Shown: positions 63,846 to 64,000 of the stretch, piece after piece
How the letters are laid out: every line of letters begins with the position of its first letter
Numbering within the stretch: the stretch's first letter is position 1
IMG/VR virus record: IMGVR_UViG_3300028886_000084
Coordinates: 7,715 to 71,714 of that record
Reading direction: 5' to 3' (one strand)
Length of the DNA: 64,000 nt
Source of the DNA: a virus
Lineage: Duplodnaviria > Caudoviricetes
The notes under the pieces: model-generated
Seen by the model: the letters and a program-made list of their open reading frames with translations, nothing else
What the model was told of the DNA's origin: nothing
The model's database searches: none
Translations under genes and position numbers: made by a program

Positions 63846-63879
63846 AGGAGGCGATGACCCCGGGGTGCTCCTTCTTTTT
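63846..63879 (+). terminator. hairpin plus T-tract ending the head operon
   Basis: AGGAGGCG...GCTCCTTCTTTTT. Confidence 0.5.
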
Positions 63880-64000
63880 ACAATATATTCAGCCAGAATG
63901 ATATGTCATCTTCATTGGATACGATACCGTCATCATGTATCTCTTTACTGACATTCTCTTTCTTTGCACAGCAATTCATATAACAATTGAAATTCTCAGG
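63878..64000 (-). CDS. convergent gene, 5'-partial
   Basis: Open frame ...DDISFWLNIL* ending at TAA 63878. Confidence 0.5.
   Translation of the reverse strand, partial: PENFNCYMNCCAKKENVSKEIHDDGIVSNEDDISFWLNIL

Noticed and set aside
1-64000. Integrase/att site, DNA polymerase, or pyrrolysine-containing (TAG-readthrough) genes
   Set aside because: No recombinase or polymerase motifs were recognised and no gene appears interrupted by an in-frame TAG; such genes may lie outside the window.

Overview
The whole 64 kb window is part of a large tailed dsDNA virus (Caudoviricetes, siphovirus-like) of an archaeon. Archaeal-host evidence: TTTAAATA/TTTATA TATA boxes before many genes, GAGGTGA Shine-Dalgarno sites, an archaeal PCNA and an archaeal-type PPAT. 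The host is most likely a Methanomassiliicoccales methanogen (inference from InlB-B-repeat adhesin modules, a membrane-anchored transglutaminase-like gene, no TAG among the stop codons inspected, and a smacovirus-Rep-like domain). The layout diverges from a putative origin at about 37.3-38.1 kb. Minus strand, read leftwards: VapE-like helicase, degenerate Rep-like ATPase, SNF2 helicase, ERF/YqaJ/SSB/VRR-NUC recombination module, neck and tail operon (30.7-10.7 kb), then a separately promoted array of about 40 tiny translationally coupled genes (10.7-0 kb). That array includes a Tad2/DUF2829 homolog, 8 Lar-like Zn-finger genes and a PPAT, joined by a recurring GTGAAGGAATGA connector. Plus strand: ParB-like protein, a second VapE paralog, PCNA, glutaredoxin, two giant unknown proteins, TerS, TerL with a mini-intein, portal, ChaB-prohead protease fusion, scaffold, major capsid protein and an Ig-like decoration protein. 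No integrase, DNA polymerase, tRNA or CRISPR array was recognised. Top leads are the connector-joined early cassette array, a 10-aa helix motif shared by the scaffold and four other late proteins (candidate capsid-loading signal), and the active/degenerate helicase set around an iteron-rich origin. All family assignments come from motif recognition by eye, not database searches.
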